From Chiloscyllium plagiosum (taxonomy: Eukaryota), in assembly GCF_004010195.1 (NCBI RefSeq), contig NC_057718.1, positions 16,072,420 to 16,136,419 on the forward strand: a DNA stretch of 64,000 nucleotides. Direction: 5' to 3'. Positions 37,000-49,579 of the stretch are shown here, in pieces (position 1 is the first letter of the stretch; every line of letters starts with the position of its first letter). The position numbers and the translations under genes are program-made. The notes under the pieces are model-generated. The model did not search any database, had not been told where the DNA came from, and saw only the letters and a program-made list of their open reading frames with translations.

Positions 37000-37460
37000 T
37001 AGGTCATGGATGAGCTAGTTGGTTAGATTGCTGAGCTGTTGGGTAATTGTGCAAATGTTTCACTACCATACTGGGCAGCCTCAGTGAGATTTCTGTGAAG
37101 CCCTTTGTTCTGCCTTGCTTGACTTTTTTTTTTATTATTTGGTCCAGTCTATTGAGGTGAGTGTCACTTCTGGGTCTTCTCTGCAGCAATTTTTACACTG
37201 AGTTTCTGTGTTTGTTGGCCTTTTTTGGTTGAAAACCAGGCTTCCAAGAACTCTTACTTGTCTCTGATTGGCCTTCCCTAGGACAGTAACTATACCATGG
37301 TTGAATTGATGGTCCTCTTGGTCTATGTGTACGGAGATGAGGGAGAGTGGATTGTTTTGTTTCGTAGCCAATTAGTGTTTGTGAAGTCTGATGGCTAGTT
37401 CATTACCTGTTTGTCTGATGAGGTGCTTGTTGCAGTTGTCGCGCGATAGTTTGTCTTGTA
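37000..37460 (-). mobile_element. Penelope-like family 3, GIY-YIG C-terminal relic
   Basis: QTGNELAIRLHKH..ATKQNNPLSLISVH. Confidence 0.7.
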
Positions 37461-38014
37461 TCCCAACAATGTATTATGTGTTGTCATCCAAATTGCATTA
37501 AAACAAAATCATGGTTTAAAAATCTAATAATTTTAGAGCTAACTGATTTCAGTTAGGATTATAAATTTTAACAATTTTCCATATGCTTTCAATAAATGAA
37601 TATGGAGGCAAAATGATATGGCTCATTTTTTGATATGTGGAAAATTAATCTCTTGGATGTGTTTCACAGCTTGAGTTTTTGTAAATTTTTCATTATACTG
37701 CTGATAATATGTTGATCGAATGTTAAACTTGAATGGAAGCTTTAATTCGAATGAAGACAGTATTGGACATTCAAATTCTGAAGTCTTGGATTTTACATTC
37801 AGGTGCATGGAAAATTTTCTAGGCATAGCTGATCATTCTTTTGAGGTGTTTTCAAGTGAAAATTGTGTTCTAGTCGGATTTATTTCTATTCAGAGTTTTT
37901 TCACTTTGTTTCTGAAATTGATAATTGCTTTATAACAGTGCAATTTCCATTTTTATTGTGGTATCGTTAATATGGACAAAAAGCTCAAGGCATTTCATAG
38001 TTGTTTAGAGAAAG

Positions 38015-38515
38015 TTATAGAGATGTAGAGAATGGAAATAGAACCTTCGGTCCATGCTGACCAGATATCCCAACCCAATCTCGTCTCACCTGCAAGTACC
38101 CGGCCCATATCCCTCCAAACCCTTCCTATTCATATACCCATCCAAATGCCTCTTAAATGTTGCAATTGTACAAGCCTCCGCCACTTCCTCAGGCAGCTCA
38201 TTCCATACATGTACCATCCTCTGTGAAAAAGTTGCCCTTAGGTCTCTCTTATATCTTTCCCCTCTCACCCTTAACCTATGCCCTCTAGTTTTGGACTTCC
38301 CAACCCCAGGGAAAAGACCTTATCTATTTATCCTTTCCATGCCCGTCATGATGTTCTAAACTTCTATAAAGTCACCCTTCAACCTCCGACGCTCCAGGGG
38401 AAACAGCCCCAGCCTGTTCAGCCTCTCCCTGTAGCTCAAATCCTCCAACCCTGCCAACGCCCTTGTAAATTCTTTCTGAACCCTTTCAAGTTTCACAACA
38501 TCTTTCCGATAGATA
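38015..38515 (-). mobile_element. CR1 3' end
   Basis: LERVQKEFTR, RRLKGDFIEV, VWNELPEEV. Confidence 0.9.
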
Positions 38516-39611
38516 GAAAGTACATATGCTGATTCTAAAAAAAATTGATCTTGGTGAGCCAAAGTTTGGTCCAGGAGGTGAATTTTTAAAAGGTTTGCAA
38601 AATGTCAGAATTTAAAATGCGAACACCTTGAAAGCGTGCTGTTGGGGGATGAGTGGTGACTGTAAGGCTTAGACTAGGTAAGAATTTAAAGAGAAAAATA
38701 AATGGAAAATTTAGAAGATATTGGAGAGCAAGGAATTTTTGGCTTTGCTATTTTCATTATTAATAAGGAGCTTTTGACAACCATAATGAAATTACTGTGT
38801 GGAGATATGTATGTTTCAGTGGTGATTTGTTTTTCCAAAGTTCGATTAGCTCCTACGAAAAGTTTAAATGTACAACAGGCATATGTGCATAAAATTAAAA
38901 TTATAGTTTTTGTATGCATACTTATGTTTAATATATTCATGGTCCTGTTCCAATGGTTGTTGTGGTACTTGCTGTCCAACTAAATAATCCTACTGGCGTC
39001 AGTTATAAAGATTTGTGTTTCTGACAACTACTGTGGATTCACCACTTTATCTAATTTTAAGCGTGATAGAACAGTGAACAGAAAGTTCCTGCTGGTGGCA
39101 CTTCCTGTACTGGGAATAGTTGTTCAAAATAGTAGAACGTTTTGAACCCTTTATAATTGATTGAATGTACAGAAGGCATTTTATAGCCAGCTGTCTTTCG
39201 GTCACATTTTGCATCATAGATTTCTTATAAACCTTTCGACCTGTTCAAAAGTAAATTGACTCATCCAATAAACTACCTACGTTTTTATTTTTCATCTGTT
39301 AGCTTACACACAAGTGGCTGTTACACACTGAGATGGCTGTTTCATTCAAACTCTATTTTATTTTCCCACTCCTAAGCATGCATTTTATTGAGGGATTCAG
39401 AGTAGTATGAACCCTGGCCAGCTCTCCTCACACTTAAGAAGTAAGGAACAGAATCCAGTTAGAGTATCCTCTTGCAATGCAAGTTGCGATCTAACTGAAT
39501 TTCGAATAGACCAGAGTATTTACATATTGTAGCAAACTCCAGTTTTCAAATCTTTAAATTCAGTTGTCATCTATTGATGTGGATGTACTTCAACTTCTTG
39601 GTTTTCTCCTA

Positions 39612-39725
39612 TTTTAACTAATCGATCTGTTCAGAGATTTTATTACACACCTCTGGAGCAGGTGGGACTTGAACCTGGGCCTCCCAGTCCAGGGAGAGGG
39701 ATACCACCATTGCACCACAAGATGG
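39612..39725 (-). mobile_element. Short tRNA-derived SINE (family S)
   Basis: A box TGGTGCAATGG, B box GGTTCAAGTCC, tail CCAGAGGTGTGTAATAA; same family as 52594-53228. Confidence 0.7.
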
Positions 39726-39925
39726 CACCTTGTAGATGTACTCCAAATATGGATTAGGGACTACTTTCAGCTGTCTCATCCATGAGTCTTAGACCTTGGT
39801 TTATTTAATCGGTCTTCATTCACTGCTTACCTGGCTATTGTGATGTTCCATTTGCTTTGACTGGAGAGGAGGTGCGCTTTCTTTAAATTGGAATTGTGGT
39901 CCTTTTAAGAACTAGATTTCTGTAC

Positions 39926-39960
39926 CATCTGATGAAGGAGCGGTGCTCTGAAAGCTAGTG
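39926..39960 (+). ncRNA. Minimal hammerhead ribozyme, intact core (PLE family 2 terminus ~39926-40050)
   Basis: CAT-CTGATGA-A-GGAGC-GGT-GCTCT-GAA-AGCT-A-GTG. Confidence 0.75.
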
Positions 39961-40850
39961 CTTCCAAGTAAACCTGTTGGACTATAACCTGGTGTTGTGT
40001 GATTTTTAACTTTGAACACCCCAGTCTAACACTGGCATATCCGAATCATAGTCGAACCGAGATCTTCACAGATGATAGATCAATGTTTGATTGTGTGCCG
40101 ACTGTTATATCCTGCTCCAGCTTTCCAGTCTTCTGGTTGTTCTGTTCTGCTCTGCTCCCGGTCTTCCAGTCCATTGGCTGTTGTATTCTGCTCCAGGTTT
40201 TCAGAATTGCCATAATTCATTTGTTTTCCTCCTTTATTCATTTAGAAATTGGGCTTCTGCTAATGATATGATTTGAATTTTGATGGGTATGAATTTCTGC
40301 CCCTCTAAAGTAGTAGTCAAACCCATAAGTTTACCTTAAAAAGTAATAAAAAAAGTGACTTTTACTCAAGTATATACAGTATTTGAAATTGAGTTCTCAG
40401 AGTGTTTAACTTTTTAATCAAAGGAGCAGAGTGTTTTTTTTCATTGCAAAACCCCAGAGTTAAAAAAGATTAAAGGCAAGAGAGTTCTGACCATAGCTGG
40501 CTATGTTCAAGACATTAGAAATACCTATGTCGGATGGGAAATGATAGGATTCCTACTTGAGAGTCAAGTTAGTATGGAAGGGATGTAGATTTAAGTTTGG
40601 CTCAGCTATAACTGAGTTCAACATCTTTAATATATATGATTACTGTAGTTGTATGATTCATTTTGGTATAGTAAAACTACTTTGCTTTTAAACCATTTAC
40701 CATGTGGTTTCATTTTCATTAAAAGTATACCTGGGATTTGATTTTTTAAAATACTAAACATGTTAATGGTCTCCAAAATGTAATCTGATGTGTTAGTGTT
40801 GAAGCTTACATTCAGCCTTCTTTCCAACAGGAGTAAAATGACTAAATCAT

Positions 40851-41171
40851 GGGCAGCACGGTGGCTTGATGGTTAGCACTGCAACCTCAGCACCAGGGAC
40901 CTGGGTTCGATTCCAGCCTTGGGTGACTGTCTTTGTGGAGTTTGCACATTCTCCCCGTGTCTGCGTGGGTTTCCTCTGGGTGCTCCAGTTTCCTCCCACA
41001 GTCCGAAGATGTGCAAATCCGGTGAATCGACCATGCTAAATTGCCCACAGTGTTAGACACACTAGTCAGAGGGAAATGGGAGTTAGGTGGGTTACTCTTT
41101 GGAGGGTTGGTGTGATTTGTTGGGCCAAATGGCCTGTTTTCACATTGGAGGGATTCTAATCTAATTTAATC
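40851..41171 (+). mobile_element. HE1-type V-SINE
   Basis: A/B boxes, V core, (TAATC)-type tail. Confidence 0.9.
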
Positions 41172-42179
41172 TTCATCTACATATTTCCGACCGAAATGTA
41201 AGGGCCATTTAACTATTCTTTTCCCATGATGCTAGTTATATCTGGTGCTGGACTACTGGTATAGATACCTGTCTTATCATTGTGTTATTATGGTGTTTTG
41301 ATTTTGGATGCTATTTATATTTAGCTAACCTTTTCCATACACCGATGCAGGTTACTCCTTTTAAGTGACCGGAATGTCTTTCATTTGGGAAATTTGTACT
41401 TTCCACTATCTGACAGCATAAACCAGTGCTAAAAGAATGCAAATGTGCTGTGCAGTGGATATTTTGTAAATTCTAGTTTGCATTTATTTTAATTTGAAGC
41501 TCTGCAATCAATTAAAGGTGGACCGAACAATCTTAATTTAAGGAAGCCAAGTTTTAAGCAGATTTGTATCATAGCAAGTCAACCAACTGAGCAGATTTCA
41601 GGATTTGATGGATCTAATACAATCATTGTGAAATATCTTTATGTAATAATGAAGATGCCAAATGAATGGCTAGTTTTAAAAGACTAAGTCAACCAACTCC
41701 TGCAATCTAGTCTTTTGAACCGAGCACTTGCTTGCCTTTTGGGTTTCTGTTTTTAAAACCTTGACTGTCAGTGAGCATTTCTATCTTTAAGTTTTTGTTG
41801 ATAGCCTGCAGAAAAGCCCTGTAATAGAGAATCCTCCTGAGAAGTCCAAGGTAATGGATGTGAAATGTTTATTGATTTAAGATTATATGAAAATGACTAA
41901 ACAAATATGACAGCTGGTCTATTAAGTATGTTCCAAACATTTTGCAAGCAAGCATCTAATGACTATCTCCAGGTTCCTACCATCAGCGTCCATGTTGTCC
42001 TGGCAAAGAGAAATGCTAAAATAGTTTTGGGGAAAAGTATTTGGAAAATTTTTGACTTCTGAAGAGGATCAGAAAGAGTTCGACGGAAGCTATAGTGACC
42101 ACGAGGAATTTCATTTTCAGTATTGAAACAAACTGCAAATTGGTTATTTACATGGCATCTCTAAAATCCCAAAGCATTT

Positions 42180-42910
42180 AGAGTCATTGAGACATACAAC
42201 AAACCCTTCAATTCAGCTAGTCCATGCCAACCAGATACCCTAAACTAATCTAGTCCCATTTGCCAGTATTTGGCCCATATCCCTCTAAACCCTTCCTATT
42301 CATATACCCATCCAGATGCCTTTTAAATGTTGTAATTGTACCAGCCTCCATAACTTCTGCTGGCAGCTCATTCCATACACACTGTCCTCTGCATGAAAAT
42401 GTTCCCCCTTAGGTCCCTTTTAAACCTTTCGCCTCTCTCTTTAACCTATGCCCTCCAGTTTTGGACTCCCCCCATCCCTGGGGAAAAGACATTGGCTATT
42501 CACCCTATCCGTGCCCCCACATGATTTTATAAACCTCTATAAGATCACCCCTCAGCCTCCGCTCCAGGGAAAATAGCGCCAGCCTATTCCGCCTCTCTAT
42601 AGCTCAAACTCTCCAACCCTTGACTGAGGCAACATCCTTGTAAATCTTTTCTGAACCACCTTTCACAACTTCCTATAGCAGGGGGACCAGTATTGAATGC
42701 AGTATTCTATTCAGCTTCAACATGACCTCCCAATTCCTATATTCAATGCGCTGACAAAGGCAAGCATACCAAATGCCACCTTCACTATCCTATCTAACTG
42801 CGGATCCATTTTCAAGGAACGATAAACCTGTACTCCAACGTCACTTTGTTCAGGAGCACTCCCCGGGACCTTCCCATTAAATGTATATTATTTGCCTTTC
42901 CAAATGCAAC
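42180..42910 (-). mobile_element. CR1 3' part
   Basis: Matches other CR1 3' copies in the window. Confidence 0.85.
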
Positions 42911-43229
42911 AGCCAGAAACTATACTGAGCCAACTGATGAGATAGGAGGTGACCAAAAATGTAGAGGCAACTGTTATCAGGTTGAAGGTTTCATCTGTTG
43001 ATGGATTAAGGAAGCATTGGGCATGATGTTATTGGTGATGGAAGTAGGCAGTCTTTATGATGGAGAGGATATGAGGCCAAACATGGTCATTCTATGGAAA
43101 ATAATCTAGTTTGATAGGTTTTAAGAAACCTGCTTGCTGAAATGTGATTAATACAGCATTGCCCAACATTTTATCATGTAAAGGCCAGAACTTGTGCCTT
43201 TGAAATACTTCATACATCTCCAACTTAAA

Positions 43230-43480
43230 GATTTGAACAAAACGTTTATTCACCCAGAGAATGGTGAACATGTGGAATTCTGCGCTCCAGAAAGCGGTTG
43301 AGGCCAAACATTGAATGTTTTAAAGGAAATAGATATATCTCTTACGACTAAAAGGTTCAAAGGATATGGGGAGAAAACAAGAACTCTGTACTGAGTTGTA
43401 TGATCAACCGGATCATATTAAATAGCGGTATAGCCTTGAAGGATTGAAAGACTACTATCATATATTCTATGTTTCTATGA
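43230..43480 (+). mobile_element. Old CR1 3' end
   Basis: FTQRMVNMWNS relic, TTCTATG tail. Confidence 0.65.
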
Positions 43481-44877
43481 ACTCTGTCATTTATCTGGTT
43501 GCCCCATTGGTATAGGTTGTATTACCCAGAGGTTGTAACATTCTGCTACTAATAGTGACCAGTCACACTATTTGACTCATATTTGGGGGTGGGGGAGGGG
43601 GTTACAGGTGGAGAAACAGAAGAACCTCTTTCTTTTATTGAAAAAGGAATCTTTTTTATTGGATGTGTAGGATAGAAAATTGCTTGTACATCCTGCACTT
43701 CCAGTAAAACCTTTTACATTCCAATAGGATTAAAATTTCTAGAAAGTATGTTGCACAAAACATACCCATTTTACCCAGTCTGCCATATGTGTATTGCAGG
43801 TTAGGCTGAGGCTTCAGGTCTGCAGCCTGACCCAGGTGTCTGAAGGAGAAGTGGCGGTCTCAGCCCAGTGTGGTGGTCTCAGTGTGGAGGTCTTCGGCTT
43901 CCAGATATTCCACTGACCTGACAAGGTGGTCTTTTCCAGGTGCGGCAGTCTCAGCCTGGCATGGTGGTCGTCTTTAGCGAGGCTTCTGGCCCAGTATTCC
44001 AGAGGCCTCAGGTGCATCTTCAGGGTATTCCATTGTTCCTTTAATCAGCTTTCCACAAACCGAGGGGCCATTAACTGAACTGTGATGAACTTCGTCTTAA
44101 TTTTATCTTTACTGTGTATGACTTCTATCATTGTAGGAGCTGTGGTGGGGCAACTTAGAAAATGTTTCACTATTTTACATGTAAAAGTACATGTTACAAT
44201 AAATTTCTATTGTGCATAATCTAACCTGTTAATTATTTACCTTCTGAGAACTTGCAGCTGTGTCAGAGTTTTCCACTGCTCCATCCTTGATAAGTTGGGT
44301 TGCTCTCCTATGCTGCCTCACTTCTTAGTACCTGGTTTGAAAGAAGAGGTAAAAGTTCCAATCGACACTGCAGGATCCCCTTTAAAATTAATCCTATCTT
44401 CCAGTTTCTGACCTCACCACTTGATCCATTGGTTTCATGTCCTAAGCTTTATAGCCCCCTCTTGACGTGGCCGACTTTAACTCTTTCTTGTGCTCCCTAA
44501 TACTGATTGCTGTGTTGTCTTATTGCTTATCAACTGTTGCTGGTAATCTGCCAGGACATCCTATGGCTAATCTCTAGAAGGACCAAAATCACCCTTGGCA
44601 GAAAACCAGCATAGCTGTTTTTGTTGACATTCTCTTGCATTTTAGGGTTTGTTTAACCCTGAATTAAGCTTCAAACCCCAGAGTATATGCTGTGAAACTG
44701 CTTAGTTCCATCTCTGCAAGATTGCCCGTCTGTTGTTTTATCTCATTGCCAGTGTTGCTGTAAGCTTGGAGACTTTTGACCTATGTTGTCTTTTTATGCG
44801 GACTTTCTTCTCCTTCAGTGTCTACAATTATGTGATGCAAAATCCAACACATTGAGGAACTACTCAACTTGTCACTT

Positions 44878-45545
44878 ACTTAAATGATTTGGATGTGCGC
44901 ATAAGAGGTACAGTTTGCAAATGACACCAAAATTGGAGGTGTGATGGGAAGAAGGTTATCTCCGCTTACAACAGGATCTTGATCAGATGGGCCAATGGGC
45001 CGAGCAGTGGCAGATGGAGTTTAATTCAGATAAATGCGGGGTGCTGCATTTTGGGAAAGCAAATCTTAGCAGAACTTATACACTTAATGGTAAGGTCCTA
45101 GGGAGTGTTGCTGAACAAAGAGACCTTGGAGTGCAAGTTCATAGATCCTTGAAAGTGTAGTCGCAGGTAGATAGAATCGTGAAGAAGGCGTTTGGTATGC
45201 TTTCTTTTATTGGTCAGAGTATCGAGTACAGGAGTTGGGAAGTCATGTTGAGGCTATAAAGGACGTTGGTTAGGCCACTTTTGGAATATTGCGTGCAATT
45301 CTGGTCTCCTTCCTATCGGAAAGATGTTGTNNNNNNNNNNNNNNNNNNNNNTGCCAGAGGAAGTGGTGGAGGCTGGTACAATTGCAACATTTAAAAGGCA
45401 TTTAGATGGATATATGAATAAGAAGGGTTTGGAGGGATATGGGCCAGGTGCTGGCATGTGGGACTAGATTGGGTTGGGATATCTGGTCATCATGGACAAG
45501 TTGGACTGAAGGGAATGTTTCCATGCTGTACATCTCTATGAATAT
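44878..45545 (+). mobile_element. CR1 3' part spanning an assembly gap
   Basis: NDLD..FANDTKIGG, LEYCVQFWSP; Ns at 45331-45351. Confidence 0.88.
45331..45351. other. Assembly gap (N run)
   Basis: Run of n characters. Confidence 1.
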
Positions 45546-47200
45546 GACTTTAGCCTGTAAACACCTCCACTTTCACAGTGAAATTTCCTGTGCTCCTGTG
45601 TTCTCCTGCCTGAATGACCATAAGAACAGAATATAGGCCATTCAGTTCATAAAATGGCAGAGCAGACTCGATCATGCCAGCCATGTCTCAATCTCAACTG
45701 CCTACTTTCCCCCCGTAATCTTAGGTTCTTTATTAGTAAAGGAATCAAATCTATTTCTGACATAAGAAATTCAGTGACTTGGTCTCCACAGCCTTCTGTG
45801 GTAGTGGCTTCCACAAATTCACCACTCATGCACTTTAACCCTTTTCACTTGTCTTTATCTCTCATAATGTTAAGTGTTAAAGATCTTCTATACTGCCTCA
45901 TCCAATACTACCAACCACCCCAACCAGAGTTCTCAATTTAATGCCTGTTGTTTTGTTCCCTTTCATTTGCAAAGAGCTTAGAAGTGTTTTTGCTGTGCTA
46001 AAAGTAGTTTGTGTAGTATTTTGGATCTTATTTGGAACAAGAATATAGGCATACTTGATCAGACTTATCTGCTCTCGCAACTACATAAATTATTAGCACA
46101 AGATTGTTGAAATGAATTGTGATAATGACTGACTCAGATTTGAGTTGCTATTGAGACTAAAGGTGTTTCAAGCCTTTTGGAAAGTGCATTGCTGCAAAGC
46201 ATGGGCTCATACCGGTGATTCTTGGCATGGAGTTCGTTGTTAGTGAAATTGTACGCATCTTTCTTTGATATAATTGATCATATTTTGATGTGGGCCAACT
46301 GTGTTAATATCTGACTTTACCTTGTCAGAATAGAAGAAGCTTCAGCTTCAGGTTACACTGAAAATATCTGTACTGAATGAATGGGGTGTATATGTAGGTT
46401 AGTGGTGCTTGAAGTGGAGAAATTTCCATTAAAGAACAATTATTTGTATTTATTTAGTGCCTTTAGTAAGACATCACTAAGTCCTTCACTGAAGGAGAAT
46501 CATACGGATCCTTAGTGGGTGAGTTCGATAGTCAATGACTTTGAAGTGAATGCTCAAATGACTGAAAATAGAGCATGTGTGAAGACTGCTGGTCCTTCAA
46601 GCATCACCACCACACAATAAGGTCATAGCTGATCTGGTTACTTCACTTTCCTGCTTTCTCCCAATAACTTTTACCCCCTTGCTTATCAAGAATCTATCTA
46701 CTTTCACCATAAGTATGTCAACACACTCTTCCTCAAAAGGTGTGGAAGCAGAGTTGCAAAGTCTCATGATTCTTTGAGAGAAAGCAGTTCTCCTCACTTT
46801 TACCTTAAATGGAGAGTTCCCTTGTTGTGAAACAGATTCCCTTGTGAGAGGAAACATTTTTCCATGTGCACCGTGTTAACACCCCTCCGGGTACTGTATG
46901 TTTCAGTTAAGTTACCTCTAAGCTCCAGTAGTTAGAAGCTAATCCTACTCAACCTGCCTGTGCCCGAAACGTCGAATCTCCTGTTCCCTGGATGCTGCCT
47001 GACCTGCTGTGCTGTTCCAGCAATAAAGTTTCAACTTCCTGTAAGACAGCCTACCCAGGTTATGCCATTTTGGATTTAGTAATTAAATCTGGCTTATTAT
47101 TCATTAACATCTTTAACAAGTTTGAGAATAGCAGGAAAGGTGCCTTTTTAAAAATAACGCTCAGTGATTCAGAATTACTTTCTTACCCTTGACTAAGAAA

Positions 47201-47326
47201 GCAGTCTGAAGAAAGGTTACACCTGAAACAGCAACTTCTTCACCACCTGATGTTGCCTGGCTTGCTGTGTTCTTCCAGCCTCCTGCTTGTCTACCTTGGA
47301 TTCCAACATCTGCAGTTTCTTTGTCT
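47201..47326 (+). mobile_element. 126-bp PLE-derived insertion beginning with a hammerhead core
   Basis: CTGAAGA-A-AGGT-TAC-ACCT-GAAA (47206-47228); CTAAGAAA at 47193-47200 and 47327-47334. Confidence 0.7.
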
Positions 47327-48404
47327 CTAAGAAAACTACTTGGCAAAGTGCTGTCATCCCAATACTGTGACACAAAGATGGGTAGCATGGTAAGCATGAA
47401 ATTGAGGGAATTAGATAGAAACATAAAATTGAGACAAAAGTAAATGGATAAAACTGACAAATTTAAATCTAAAAAGAATTGAAACAGGTTCTTTGTAAGT
47501 TTGGAAAGGTAGAAACAGTGAGATTTGGGTTATTCAGGTTGTATCATGCTATTCTGTACCTGTTAATGATATTTCAATCAAAAAGGCTAATATAATACTG
47601 TCCTTATGTACAGAAAATAATAATTAATTATTTGTTTTCCAAAGCTGTGCAGACGTCTGAATAGATCAAAGCTGGCACGTTCTGAGCATTCTGGAAGGAT
47701 GTATTGATCTTGAAGGGAGTGCAGCATAGATCCATCAGAATCGATTCAAGTGTTGCATTTGATTGTAAATTCCATGGAATACAGTTTTTCAAGTTAAGGT
47801 GTGATTTGATCAAGATTTTCAAGATGTTAAGGGGAACAGAGCGGAGACAAATTGTTTTTGCTGTTTTGAGAATTTAGGTTCCAATTCCTAAAAATTTGAA
47901 CTGGATTCCTAGGGTGTAAAATTAGGAAACAAAGCATGGTAGAACTTTTAAATACCTTTTCCATAAAATGGTAATTGTGATATAGGAGAAAGGCAGGTAT
48001 ATGACAAGATCACAAGTTAGTCATAATCAATTGATCATGTTCCAGACATTGATTCGTTCCTGGTAAAAGATAGGCATCATCATGAGAGAGACTTTAAAGA
48101 CCCGCACAGTCTATAAACGGGAGCTGCATGTCATAATTGAGGTTGTGCACTCAATGGAAGAAATACTTTGCCAAAGCCTGCCATCTAACAGAAAGCTTGA
48201 TGTAAAAGTATCACTGCAGTGTTCGAAAACAAAATCACCACCTGGGTGCAGAGGCGCACCAACAACTGACTGACCTTCATGGGGAGATTTAGAACCTCTG
48301 CAGTGAGACCTAAGGGGCAACTTTTTCTCACAGAGGGTGGTACGTGTATGGAATGAGCTGCCAGAGGAAGTGGTGGAGGCTGGTACAATTGCAACATTTA
48401 AAAG

Positions 48405-49357
48405 TCATGATTTGGAGATGCCGGTGTTGGACTGGGGTGTACAAAGTTAAAAATCACACAACACCAGGTTATAGTCCACCAGGTTTAATTGGAAGCTTTC
48501 AGAGCGACGCTCCTTCATCAAGTGATTGTGGAGGGCTCGATCATAACACAGAATTTATAGCAAAAAGTTCGGTACCCATAGGGAGGGCCTCAACCGGGAC
48601 CTTCGGTTCATGTCACATTACAGGTGATCACCATTGCATCACACACACACACACACACACATATTCCTGCGTGCACGCACACGCGCGTGCACACATACAC
48701 ACAGACACAGGTGCACACAGACACTGACATACACTCCCACACATGCACCCCCTCACAGACTTAAGACACTCTGCACTCACTACACACACACTTTCTCACA
48801 CTCACACCCCCACCCCAGACAGACACAGACAGACAGACAGACACACACACATACAGACACACACACACACACTTTGGTGAATTTTTACTTGCAGAGTTAC
48901 ATTGCACTTTGCTCAAAAACTGCATGTATTCATGTAGAACTCTGAGCTCAAAAACTGCATTATTTTATGTAAAACTCTGTTATCTTACTTTTTAGATTAG
49001 AATCAATCTAAACATCAGGTCATAGACGGAGAACACAGAGGGCTAACACCTTCAACATATTGTCTAGCTATCACCATTGTTAACAGCTAACCCAAGAATG
49101 CAACTTTTTAAAAAAAGAGGGTTTTGTGATTTACACATGAAAGAACTGAAACTATCACTGCATTCTAACAGATGAAAGGCTTAACAGACAATCAATTTTT
49201 CAATGTATAATTTCAGTTATATCACACTGCAAATTTTTGCTATAAATTCTGTGTTACGATCGAGCCCTCCACAATCACTTGATGAAGGAGCGTCGCTCCG
49301 AAAGCTAATGTGCTTCCAATTAAACCTGTTGGACTATAACCTGGTGTTGTGATTTTT
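48405..49357 (+). mobile_element. 5'-truncated Penelope-like element (family 2) with inverted pseudo-LTR, inside a CR1 tail
   Basis: Inverted arms 48446-48566 / 49234-49360; ORF end KFGTHREGLNRDLRFMSHYR*; AACATTTAAAAG at 48393-48404 and 49358-49369. Confidence 0.88.
48638..48872. repeat. (CA)n-rich compound microsatellite in PLE 3' region
   Basis: ACACAC/AGAC runs. Confidence 0.9.
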
Positions 49358-49579
49358 AACATTTAAAAGGCAATTGTAAATGGCAATTGGATTTAAAAGG
49401 CAATTGGATGGGTATATGAATAGGAAGGGTTTGGAGGGATATGGGTCGGGTCCTGGCAGGTGGGACTAGATTGGATTGGGATATCTGGATCAGTGGTGCT
49501 GGAAGATCACAGCAATTCAGGCAGCATCCGAGGACAGGCAAAATCAGAATTGTTTGCCGATAATGAGCAAATTAGACAA

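Noticed and set aside
43820..44210. GC-richer stretch ending TTTCACT..TACATGTTACAATAAAT
   Set aside because: Probably a Rex1/Babar-related retroposon tail, but too diverged to call
48344..48945. His/Thr-rich ORFs
   Set aside because: Translation of the (CA)n microsatellite
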